Below, piece by piece: positions 19,515 through 28,031 of a stretch of 64,000 nucleotides of DNA (the stretch's first letter is position 1; every line of letters begins with the position of its first letter). The position numbers were made by a program, and so were the translations under genes. The notes under the pieces are model-generated. The model made no database searches and was not told where the DNA came from. It was given only the letters and a program-made list of their open reading frames with translations. Origin of the DNA: an uncultured cyanobacterium (GTDB taxonomy: Bacteria > Cyanobacteriota > Cyanobacteriia > Cyanobacteriales > Nostocaceae); NCBI GenBank assembly GCA_963740315.1, contig CAVUDP010000002.1, forward strand, positions 3,264,001-3,328,000. The letters run 5' to 3'.

Positions 19515-19598
19515 CCTAAGTATGTAAAAACTACGATGATTTATCCGAGCGTACTCAACCGTGGTGATAAAGCTGTTCGCAGCCCTTTGGATTCATAA
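19515..19598 (+). pseudogene. intI: Integron integrase C-terminal remnant
   Basis: Translates to PKYVKTTMIYPSVLNRGDKAVRSPLDS*, matching the IntI box II/C-terminal signature HxDVxTTMIYTHVLNRGGxxVRSPLD including the catalytic Tyr. The rest of the gene is absent. Confidence 0.8.
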
Positions 19599-19670
19599 TT
19601 TATGTACGTAATTAGCCTGCAACCATTGCTCCGGCTTGTCATAATAAAAGAATCCATTATTCGATAATAT

Positions 19671-19886
19671 ATGCAAGTCAAAGATTTAACGGTTGAAGAA
19701 CTTAAGCTTATAATCCAAGAAACCGTGGCGGAAACGCTTCATACTTTGTTAACCGATCCCGACGAGGGAAAAGAACTAAAACCAGAAGTAAAGCAACAAC
19801 TACTCGACTCTCTCAAGAGAACCCAGGCTGGAGAGCGAGGAGTTTCAGCTTCTGAAGTGGCAAGAAAACTTGGACTGGCTTGGTGA
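19671..19886 (+). CDS. Small antitoxin-like protein (partner of the downstream RelE pseudogene)
   Basis: MQVKDLTVEELK...DPDEGKELKPEV...EVARKLGL. Its TGA stop overlaps the ATG of relE. Confidence 0.8.
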   Translation: MQVKDLTVEELKLIIQETVAETLHTLLTDPDEGKELKPEVKQQLLDSLKRTQAGERGVSASEVARKLGLAW

Positions 19887-20120
19887 TGGGCTATAACGTC
19901 TTCATTTACACAAACAGGCATTGATAGTTTGGAACAACTTTCACCAACTATTTAAGAGCGTATCCTGCGTAAAATTCGTTGGTTTTCCGAAAACTTTGCC
20001 GATTTGAGTAATCTTTTTAAACTCAGAGTTGGCGATTACCGAGTTATTTATTCCTTCGATGTCGAAACGCAACTTATCACAATTCATAAAGCTGGACATC
20101 GTAGAGATGTTTACGATTAG
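19886..20120 (+). pseudogene. relE: RelE/ParE-family toxin pseudogene
   Basis: After a 1-nt frameshift near 19901 it reads SFTQTGIDSLEQLSPTI*ERILRKIRWFSENFADLSNLFKLRVGDYRVIYSFD...HKAGHRRDVYD*. In-frame TAA at 19953-19955. Confidence 0.85.
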
Positions 20121-20141
20121 AGGAAGTTGCCCATCTCCCGA

Positions 20142-20816
20142 TCAAACCGCCGCTTCCGATCCTTCAGCCTTAGCCTTCAACTTCTCAGGATCTATTGATT
20201 GCAATTCTCCACGATCGAGAGTCCAGCAACTATCGGCGATCGGTAATAAGTCTCCTGCATCGTGGGTAACTACTAACAAAGTCCAGTGTTCTTTTAATTT
20301 CGCTAATAAATTTACCAATTGACGACGCATTGACCAATCTAAACCTGCTGTAGGCTCATCTAATAATAATAAATTTGGCTGACGAATTAACTGTACTGCT
20401 AAAGCCAAACGTCTTTGCTGTCCACCACTTAAAGCGTAAGGTGGGGTTGAAAAAGATAAATGTTCTAATCCGACTTCGCTTAATGCGGTTCTAACTCGCT
20501 CTACCCCTAACTCTGGGTGTCCTAAACGTAATTCTTCTAAAATCGTCCCCCCGCAAAAATGACGCTCTGGGAATTGAAACACCAAACCGGCTAACTGCTG
20601 CATTTCTTCGCCTATCAATTCCCGCTCTCGCCAAAATAGCGAGCCAGATGTAGGTTCTGCTAATCCAGATAAAATTTCCAGCAGCGTACTTTTCCCTGAA
20701 CCACTTGGTCCGATAATTAGACCTAATTGTTGGGGGGCTAAATCTAAATTAATTGATTTGAGAATCGAATTCTGGCTAGCAGTTGGATGATAAACTATAT
20801 TTCTGAGATGGAGCAT
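20142..20816 (-). CDS. ABC ATP-binding protein (EcfA/CbiO-like)
   Basis: GPSGSGKS, VFQFPE, LSGGQQRRLA, LLDEPTAGLD and VTHD motifs. Confidence 0.9.
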   Translation of the reverse strand: MLHLRNIVYHPTASQNSILKSINLDLAPQQLGLIIGPSGSGKSTLLEILSGLAEPTSGSLFWRERELIGEEMQQLAGLVFQFPERHFCGGTILEELRLGHPELGVERVRTALSEVGLEHLSFSTPPYALSGGQQRRLALAVQLIRQPNLLLLDEPTAGLDWSMRRQLVNLLAKLKEHWTLLVVTHDAGDLLPIADSCWTLDRGELQSIDPEKLKAKAEGSEAAV

Positions 20817-21136
20817 TGGTTACGACTACTGAAAATCAGCCATTTATAAATTAACTACACAGGCGAGCTACAGACCTTCGTTCCGAAAAAATCACCTGTG
20901 CCACAACTTAAAAGATATTATTTACCGATACACCATTAAATAAGCGTCTTCACTTATTGTGGCAGACAAACAACCCTAATATTAATCATAAAAAAACCTG
21001 GGAACCCTCTTAAATCTACCCAGTCAAACTATTTATAAAATTTTTGCGTAAATCTACACGGGGTATGGGTGAGCTATTTACGTAATTATAAGTAAGATAT
21101 TGAACCCATTCAACAGTAATAATTCTGAGCTTTAAA

Positions 21137-22063
21137 ATGACTGAAAAATTTTCTGTTTTACGAGCTACTACCTCTAAAAAAATTGTACATTTTGCTAAAG
21201 CTGCTTTTACAACTTTAATAGCATTAAATGTATTGGCACCAGCTTTGGCAGCAGATCCCTTTCCTCGCAGCCAACCGCGCAATATTGGCGACAACACCGA
21301 AGCTGCATTTAAAGCAGTATTCGAGCAAGGTAACTATCAAGCAGGACAAAAGTACCTACAAAAGGCAATATCAAATGAGCCAAACGAACCTCTAGTTTAT
21401 GCTATGCAGGCATCGATCGCCTATACACAGGATGATTTAAGTACATTAGAATCTTACAGCACCAAAACTTTAGATACAGCAAAAAAGCTAATTCCATCAG
21501 ACCCATTGCGCGGTAATTTATACGCTGCCGTCGGTCACTTTTTAGAAGGAGCAGTAATTTTGACTCGCGAAGGTACCATGAGCGGTGCCCCAAAAGCACT
21601 AAGTCGCCTCGGAGAAGTTTACAAGCATTTAGACAAAGCCGAAGCCATTTCTCCAAAAGACCCAGAACTCAACTTAATCAAGGGTTACATGGATTTAATG
21701 TTGGCTGTAAATCTGCCCTTCGCCAATCCTCAACAAGCAATTCAAAGATTTGAACAAAATGCCGGACCTCAATATTTAGTAGATAGGGGTATAGCCATAG
21801 CCTACCGAGACTTAAAAGATTATCCCCAAGCCTTAACATACGCAAATCGCGCTCTAAAATTAGCACCCGAAAATCCAGAACTGTATTATCTCAAAGCCCA
21901 AATCCTCCGCGAACAAGCCAAAAAACAGAAAAACCCACAAACGATGCAACAAGCACTTACTAATTTTGACCAAGCATTAGCCAAAAAATCCCAACTACCC
22001 GCTAAATTAGTCAAACAAATAGAAGGCGAGCGTCAAAAAACAGTACAAAGTTTAGCTAAATAG
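21137..22063 (+). CDS. Exported TPR protein (Sll0314/Alr1548-like family)
   Basis: Signal peptide ending ALA-ADPF, TPR-like helices and DPELNLIKGYMDLMLAVNLPF. Confidence 0.75.
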   Translation: MTEKFSVLRATTSKKIVHFAKAAFTTLIALNVLAPALAADPFPRSQPRNIGDNTEAAFKAVFEQGNYQAGQKYLQKAISNEPNEPLVYAMQASIAYTQDDLSTLESYSTKTLDTAKKLIPSDPLRGNLYAAVGHFLEGAVILTREGTMSGAPKALSRLGEVYKHLDKAEAISPKDPELNLIKGYMDLMLAVNLPFANPQQAIQRFEQNAGPQYLVDRGIAIAYRDLKDYPQALTYANRALKLAPENPELYYLKAQILREQAKKQKNPQTMQQALTNFDQALAKKSQLPAKLVKQIEGERQKTVQSLAK

Positions 22064-22281
22064 GGCATGGCGTATGGGAATAGGTTAAAGGTCAAAGGTT
22101 AAAGGTCAAAGGTAATATAGTTAAAAGCCTAAAATTCTGGTGGTTTTAACTGCTAACTCTTAACTCCTAACTCTTAACTTCCCCATCTCCCCATCCCCCC
22201 ATCTCCCCATCCCCCTGTCCCTTTCTCCCCTAGTTCTTCTAAAATGACTTTTGGTAGAACTAATCTGGATCTTGAAATCGA

Positions 22282-22734
22282 ATGAAGATAGAATTCCGCG
22301 AGATTAATCCTTTTGATGTCTGGATTTGGCTGAGGTTTAGCACGGTTCCTTCCGAGCGTGAAAAGCAGTTTGTAGAAGAACTTTTTAATTCCTGGTTTTA
22401 TTTAGGTAAATTAGGTGCTTTCAATGCCGAAAATCTCCAAGTGCAGGACACTGGACTTGACATTAGCTATTTACATTACGACCAAGATGGTTATCAAAAT
22501 AGCTTGGTAGCCTTAATGCATAACATGGGCGAATTTGAGTACAACGGAGATTGGGGGAGGTGTTGGTTTGACTTAGGAACTTCGGATGCGATCGCACTCG
22601 ATATTCTTCTCAATGCTCTGACTCAGCTAGGTCAAGAATACGTCACCATCGATCAAGTATACGTAGGCGGCGAAAATACAGATTGGTCGATTGAAGATAG
22701 CGATAGTCGTCCTTCGTTTATTCACGATAACTAG
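22282..22734 (+). CDS. DUF3531-family protein
   Basis: SWFYLGKLGAFNAENLQ and RCWFDLGTSD motifs. Confidence 0.8.
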   Translation: MKIEFREINPFDVWIWLRFSTVPSEREKQFVEELFNSWFYLGKLGAFNAENLQVQDTGLDISYLHYDQDGYQNSLVALMHNMGEFEYNGDWGRCWFDLGTSDAIALDILLNALTQLGQEYVTIDQVYVGGENTDWSIEDSDSRPSFIHDN

Positions 22735-22754
22735 GCAAAATATAGGAAAAATAA

Positions 22755-23189
22755 ATGCATAAAGAAGGTAAAATCCGAGTACTTGCCCTCGGACTAATTC
22801 GCGATCGCAACAATCGTACTTTTCTTTCCGAAGGTTACGATCCAGTCAAAGAAGATAAATTCTATCGTGCAATGGGCGGCGGGGTTGAATTTGGCGAAAC
22901 CAGCCTTGAAGCCCTTCAACGCGAATTTCAAGAAGAAATCCAAGCAGAAATAACCAACATTCGCTACCTAGCCTGTTTAGAAAACATATTTACCTTCCAA
23001 GGAAAACCAGGACACGAAATCATTCAACTTTACGAATGCGACTTTGTACACCCCAAATTTTACCAACAGAAACAAATCGCATTCAACGAAGGAGAACGAC
23101 AGAAAACAGCAGTTTGGGTAGACATCAATTCCTTGAAATCTGGCAACGTTAGGTTAGTCCCCGAAGGGTTTGTAGATTTTCTCGGATAG
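22755..23189 (+). CDS. NUDIX hydrolase
   Basis: GGGVEFGETSLEALQREFQEEI Nudix box. Confidence 0.92.
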   Translation: MHKEGKIRVLALGLIRDRNNRTFLSEGYDPVKEDKFYRAMGGGVEFGETSLEALQREFQEEIQAEITNIRYLACLENIFTFQGKPGHEIIQLYECDFVHPKFYQQKQIAFNEGERQKTAVWVDINSLKSGNVRLVPEGFVDFLG

Positions 23190-23195
23190 TGCAAA

Positions 23196-23322
23196 TGGGG
23201 AGATGGGGAGATGGGGAGATGGGGGACAAGGGGACAAGGTGACAAGGGGAAGTTAGGAGTTAGGAATTAGGAGTTAGGAATTAGGAGTTAGGAATTAGGA
23301 GTTAGGAGTTAGGAGTTAAGAA
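23196..23322. repeat. STRR arrays (GGGGAGAT, GGGACAA, TTAGGAG/TTAGGAA)
   Basis: Tandem repeats between convergent genes. Confidence 0.85.
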
Positions 23323-23347
23323 TTTAAAGCTTTTAACTATATTACCT

Positions 23348-23893
23348 TTAACCTGTTCCCATTGCCGTGGCAGTTAAAATCGTCCAACCATCAACCAAGA
23401 ACATCAACAGCGTAAAAAATAGCAAAATTAGATACATCCACGGTTGCGCTAAAGGGTAAACATCCGTAGTGTCAATGCCCGTTTTTTCTTGTACATTTCT
23501 TACCAGACGGGCAAATCCTGCTACACGCATCGGCAGCAAATAAGCTTTCTCGTCCTTGCTCACAAAATAGTAAACTATACCACCTTGTCCCGTAGTCCGT
23601 GGCTTTAACTGTTGTACATCCGCCCAGGGTAAACACCAGCCCTGACGGAAAAAACTTGGTACCCAAGCAGCATAAGCCACCTGAATCCCCTCTTCATTTA
23701 AAATTACCCGTTCGGTTAAAACCGCGTATAAAATAACAAAACCAATAGCAATACCTACCCAAAGTAATGCAGATGGTACGGGCGCATTTGTTACATCCGC
23801 CAGGAAAGGCAACGGTAACGTTAGCGCTACATACAAACTCAGAAGCGTAATCCTAATTAAAGGAGATAGCCGAAAAACAGAAGAAGTTTCCAT
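23348..23893 (-). CDS. Conserved cyanobacterial membrane protein
   Basis: Three hydrophobic segments; TTGQGGIVYYF and LLPMRVAGF. Confidence 0.75.
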   Translation of the reverse strand: METSSVFRLSPLIRITLLSLYVALTLPLPFLADVTNAPVPSALLWVGIAIGFVILYAVLTERVILNEEGIQVAYAAWVPSFFRQGWCLPWADVQQLKPRTTGQGGIVYYFVSKDEKAYLLPMRVAGFARLVRNVQEKTGIDTTDVYPLAQPWMYLILLFFTLLMFLVDGWTILTATAMGTG

Positions 23894-24114
23894 TGGAAAA
23901 TATCAATTAACAATTAACAACGATCGGTTACAAATTGAGCCTATTCTCCCAAAATTTTGACAATATCTGGGGAAAACACAAGACAAAACCCTCTCTAAAT
24001 TAAGCTTTTTGCTTCACAATAGATAATTCATGTACCGCACCTTCCAGATAAAAATCGATCGTTGATAATTGATAATTGATAACTGGTAACTGGTAACTGG
24101 TAACTGGTAACTGA

Positions 24115-24576
24115 TTAAGGTAAATATTTTTGTACTACACTCCAACCACTCAGCGAAACCCATACAAATACAAGAAATAGAGCAATATTCGTACTAACGT
24201 GAATGCGTCTAGCCCAAACCCAACCAGTACGAATTGAAATCGCACTTCCAGCAGATACCAAAACTAATGCTACCGTAATTAACCCGGCACCTAAGTGTTG
24301 CGAATGTCCTAAAGATCCATATTCGCCTAAAGTACCGACAATACCAATTGCGAGCAGCAGTATCACTAAACTAACCATAGTGATACCCATTACATAGTGG
24401 AGTATGCGTAGTCCGCCATAACCTCCCGGCAACAGCGAGATAAAGTTAAGATTTTCAGATGTTCGAGTACGAAACATCCAAATACCCGTTACCGCCAACA
24501 TTAAATAAGCAAGTAACGACAACCCCATTGACCACGCCGCGATTTTCCACAACCAAATAAATGAAGGTAAATCCAT
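24115..24576 (-). CDS. DUF4079-family membrane protein
   Basis: MDLPSFIWLWKIAAWSMG start, four TM helices and conserved His residues. The longer ORF call is an STRR-derived extension. Confidence 0.75.
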   Translation of the reverse strand: MDLPSFIWLWKIAAWSMGLSLLAYLMLAVTGIWMFRTRTSENLNFISLLPGGYGGLRILHYVMGITMVSLVILLLAIGIVGTLGEYGSLGHSQHLGAGLITVALVLVSAGSAISIRTGWVWARRIHVSTNIALFLVFVWVSLSGWSVVQKYLP

Positions 24577-24606
24577 ATCTAGGATTGTAGATTGCTTTGA
24601 GACATA

Positions 24607-24970
24607 TGGGGAGATGGGGAGAGAGGGGGGAGATGGGGAGATGGGGAGATGGGGAGATGGGGAGATGGGGAGATGGGGAGATGGGGAGATGGGGAGATGG
24701 GGAGACAAGGAGAAAAAATTAAATTATTAACTTCTAACTCCTAATTCCTAACTGGTAACTCCTAACTCCTCACTCCTAACTCCTAACTCCTCACTCCTAA
24801 CTCCTAACTGGTAACTCCTAATTCCTAACTGGTAACTCCTAATTCCTAACTGGTAACTCCTAATTCCTAACTGGTAACTCCTAATTCCTAACTGGTAACT
24901 CCTAATTCCTAACTGGTAACTCCTAATTCCTAACTGGTAACTCCTAATTCCTAACTGGTAACTCCTAACT
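24607..24970. repeat. Long STRR arrays: (GGGGAGAT)n and a composite 21-mer (CTAACTGGTAACTCCTAATTC)n
   Basis: About 12 octamers at 24607-24704; heptamers organised into a higher-order 21-nt period at about 24800-24970. Confidence 0.9.
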
Positions 24971-24976
24971 ACTCAT

Positions 24977-25012
24977 AAAAAAGGGTTGCAATTTAAGAAT
25001 GCAACCCAAAAA
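24977..25012. terminator. Rho-independent terminator downstream of the DUF1830 gene
   Basis: GGGTTGCA-N9-TGCAACCC stem followed by a T6 run on the minus strand. Confidence 0.7.
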
Positions 25013-25092
25013 TAGAGAAAAAAATTTTGAATCAATAAATGTTTTCGCCAACGATTGTAAATGGTTTTGTTGTATACTCCGGTTTTTTTTAA

Positions 25093-25431
25093 TTAAATTG
25101 AGGACACAAGAGAATTTTTATCGATGGAATCACGATTCTGATTCTTTGAATTTACTTCTAAACCAGAACCATTTGCTTCGTCAATTGCAAGGCGATCGCA
25201 CGGAATTGTATCCGATAAAATTGCACTTGCCATCATCCCCGTATGAATCTCTAATTGAGCCGATTCTGGTGCTTCAAAAACCAGTCTTTGTCCGGGAAAA
25301 ACTACCCGTTCAAAGTACCAATTAGAAATGTTGGAGATGCGAGCCACCTGTATTTTACTTGTAGCATTAACGTAGCAGCAGAGAGATTTTCCTGATTGCT
25401 CAGGAGGTAGGGGATCTAATATTTGAGCCAT
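25093..25431 (-). CDS. DUF1830-family protein
   Basis: MAQILDPLP...CCYVNATSKIQVARI...WYFERVVFPGQRLVFEAP...LEIHTG. Confidence 0.85.
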   Translation of the reverse strand: MAQILDPLPPEQSGKSLCCYVNATSKIQVARISNISNWYFERVVFPGQRLVFEAPESAQLEIHTGMMASAILSDTIPCDRLAIDEANGSGLEVNSKNQNRDSIDKNSLVSSI

Positions 25432-25475
25432 AACTGCTGAGGAGCTTATCGCCACAATTGTATCTTACATTAACA

Positions 25476-25517
25476 AAATTAGCACTGACGATCCCCAACT
25501 GCTGTAACTCTCAATAC
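25476..25517 (-). promoter_or_regulatory. Class II NtcA-type promoter of the DUF1830 gene
   Basis: Minus strand: GTATTGAGAGTTAC (25517-25504), 22 nt, then TAATTT (25481-25476). Confidence 0.65.
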
Positions 25518-26206
25518 CAACTGGGTATTTGTATGCTCTTTAAATCTTAAGATATGTTCCACATATGAAATTTTTGTAAAAATTTACTCGTTTATTGCAA
25601 TTATGCATTAAGCATTAATTTAATAAATATTTTTATAGCATTTATAGAATTACGTAATGCACTTCGATCGGTTTTAGACTCGAAATATATCGAATATTTA
25701 CTTTACACTCAGATTCATCCACGATCTGTTAATTGTCTTTAACATAAAAGCGTCACAAATTAATAATTGATAATTAGACTAATAGTGAAGACAAGGTTAA
25801 AGGTTAAAGGTCTGCATGTTTTTGGTCAAAGGATTTTAGATTGTCCCCTTGTCTCCTTGTCCCCCTGTCTCCCCCGAACCCCCGAACCCCATCCCCCAAC
25901 TCCCCATTCCTCATATCATTAGTAGATTTAATAGGTTTGATGAAGGAAGTGGATGTTATCGTAAAGGTATATGAAGTTGATTTTCATAAAACTTTGCTAT
26001 GAACGTAATTGTTTAATCCTGCTCTTATAGGAGTTTTTACTTATCAACAAGCGCTTTGGGCGACAATCTCGTTTATTCATAACTGAGTAAAAACTCAAGT
26101 ACGATGATCGTAAAGGACAAAAATTAATTTAAATACCTAGTTTTAAAGCCGATATAATCGCTCTTTTTTCTTTGAAATCAGCAATATAAAAGTTGAAACA
26201 GCCACT

Positions 26207-27778
26207 ATGGAAAACAAAATCCTCTACGTTCGCCTTCCTTGTAATCCGATCTTTCCCCTGGGGGTAGTTTACCTTGCAGATCACGTCCACAAGCTATTCG
26301 AGAATGTCGAACAGCGGATTCTTGATTTGGGAACGGTACCACCTTTAGACTATAAGCCTGCTCTGGATGCTTGTATTGATGAATTTAAACCAACGCTGTT
26401 AATTTATTCTTGGCGTGATATTCATATTTTTGCTCCAGTTGGTGGAAGGGGTGGGAATCCGCTACAATATTCTTTTGAAATTTTCTATGCCAAAAATCCC
26501 TTTGTGAAAATGCACGGGGCTTTAGGTGGCGTACAAATGCTCAAAGGCTTTTATACAGAGCTTTGGCGCAATTCAGCATTGATTAAACGCGGATTAAAAC
26601 GCGCTCGTAGATACAACAAAGATGTCCGTGTAATTGTTGGTGGTGGTGCGGTTAGCGTTTATTACGAACAGTTGAGCAACAGCTTACCTAAAGGTTCTAT
26701 TATTTCTGTTGGTGAAGGGGAAACTTTACTAGAAAAACTGTTAAGCGGCAGAGAATTTCGGGATGAACGGTGTTATGTGGTGGGAGAAACTCAACCGCGC
26801 GATCGCCTAATTCACGAACAACCCACTCCCATTGAAAAAAGTGCTTGTAATTACGACTATATAGAAAGTATTTGGTCTGAGTTTAACTATTATCTTCAAG
26901 AACAAGACTTTTATATTGGCGTACAAACTAAGCGCGGTTGTCCTCATAATTGCTGCTACTGCGTTTATACGGTTGTGGAAGGTAAGCAGGTGCGGATTAA
27001 TCCTGCTTCGGAAGTAGTTGCGGAAATGCGACAACTTTCCGATCGCGGAATTCGTAAATTCTGGTTTACCGATGCCCAGTTTATTCCAGCACGAAAATTT
27101 ATGGATGATGCTGTGGAGTTACTGGAAAAAATCGTTGATTCTGGAATGACGGATATTAATTGGGCAGCGTATATCCGCGCCGATAACCTGACTCCGAAGC
27201 TGTGCGATTTGATGGTAAAAACCGGAATGAATTATTTTGAAATCGGTATTACCAGCGGTTCTCAAGAGCTGGTGCGAAAAATGCGGATGGGCTATAATCT
27301 GCGAACCGTTTTAGAAAACTGCCGCGATTTAAAAGCAGCCGGGTTTAATGATTTAGTTTCCGTTAACTATTCTTTTAATGTAATAGACGAACGTCCAGAA
27401 ACTATTCGTCAAACCATCGCTTACCATCGCGAATTAGAACGAATTTTCGGAGTAGATAAAGTTGAACCGGCGATTTTCTTTATTGGTTTGCAGCCGCACA
27501 CTCATTTAGAAGAATACGCTTTTAAAGAAGGTATTCTCAATAAAGGTTACAATCCGATGCTTTTAGCTCCGTGGAATGCGAGAAAACTACTATGGAATCC
27601 CGAACCTCTGGGTTCCTTTTTTGGTGAAGTCTGCTTGCAAGCTACGCGACAAAACCCGAATGATTTCGGACGCGAAGTCATGAAGATCCTAGAAGAAAAA
27701 CTTGGTTGCGCTCAACTGGAAGAAGCACTTTCTGCACCAATTGAAACAAAACCAAAACAGTTAGCAACTGTATTATAG
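26207..27778 (+). CDS. B12-binding-domain radical SAM protein (Slr0320-like, PSII high-light acclimation family)
   Basis: ILYVRLPCNPIFP N-terminus and KRGCPHNCCYC CxxxCxxC motif. Confidence 0.85.
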   Translation: MENKILYVRLPCNPIFPLGVVYLADHVHKLFENVEQRILDLGTVPPLDYKPALDACIDEFKPTLLIYSWRDIHIFAPVGGRGGNPLQYSFEIFYAKNPFVKMHGALGGVQMLKGFYTELWRNSALIKRGLKRARRYNKDVRVIVGGGAVSVYYEQLSNSLPKGSIISVGEGETLLEKLLSGREFRDERCYVVGETQPRDRLIHEQPTPIEKSACNYDYIESIWSEFNYYLQEQDFYIGVQTKRGCPHNCCYCVYTVVEGKQVRINPASEVVAEMRQLSDRGIRKFWFTDAQFIPARKFMDDAVELLEKIVDSGMTDINWAAYIRADNLTPKLCDLMVKTGMNYFEIGITSGSQELVRKMRMGYNLRTVLENCRDLKAAGFNDLVSVNYSFNVIDERPETIRQTIAYHRELERIFGVDKVEPAIFFIGLQPHTHLEEYAFKEGILNKGYNPMLLAPWNARKLLWNPEPLGSFFGEVCLQATRQNPNDFGREVMKILEEKLGCAQLEEALSAPIETKPKQLATVL

Positions 27779-27785
27779 AAAACAA

Positions 27786-27809
27786 GTAGGGTGGCATAGT
27801 TCACCCTAC
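27786..27809. repeat. GTAG-type REP hairpin / possible terminator
   Basis: GTAGGGTG-GCATAGTT-CACCCTAC immediately after the stop codon. Confidence 0.6.
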
Positions 27810-28031
27810 TATAAAGAAAGTAGCGGGAGCAGAGGAAACACACTCAGCAGAAAAAGAAAAAATAGTATATGGGATTCAGACTCAAAGCAATATGCCTTTT
27901 TATTTGTGTATATTTTTGGGGGCTTTAAATAATACTTATTAATTGCAATAATAAAATGACTCTATAGCTATAGGGTGTTAAAATTGCTCGCAATCCATTC
28001 GAGATTACTTTAATAGAATAAATAAAATAAA

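Larger units (their letters stand above)
17047..19598 (-). mobile_element. Relic integron: intI remnant, attI-like site and cassette-like genes
   Basis: IntI C-terminal fragment (19515-19598, +), an attI-like simple site (19464-19482), four co-oriented short-spaced genes on the minus strand, and an inverse core GCATAAC 1 nt after the last stop codon. Confidence 0.65.

Noticed and set aside
24577..24708. SPHLPISP-repeat protein segments (also ORFs 51739-52005, 23060-23245 and 5580-5840)
   Set aside because: These are translations of STRR octamer arrays, not real coding sequence.
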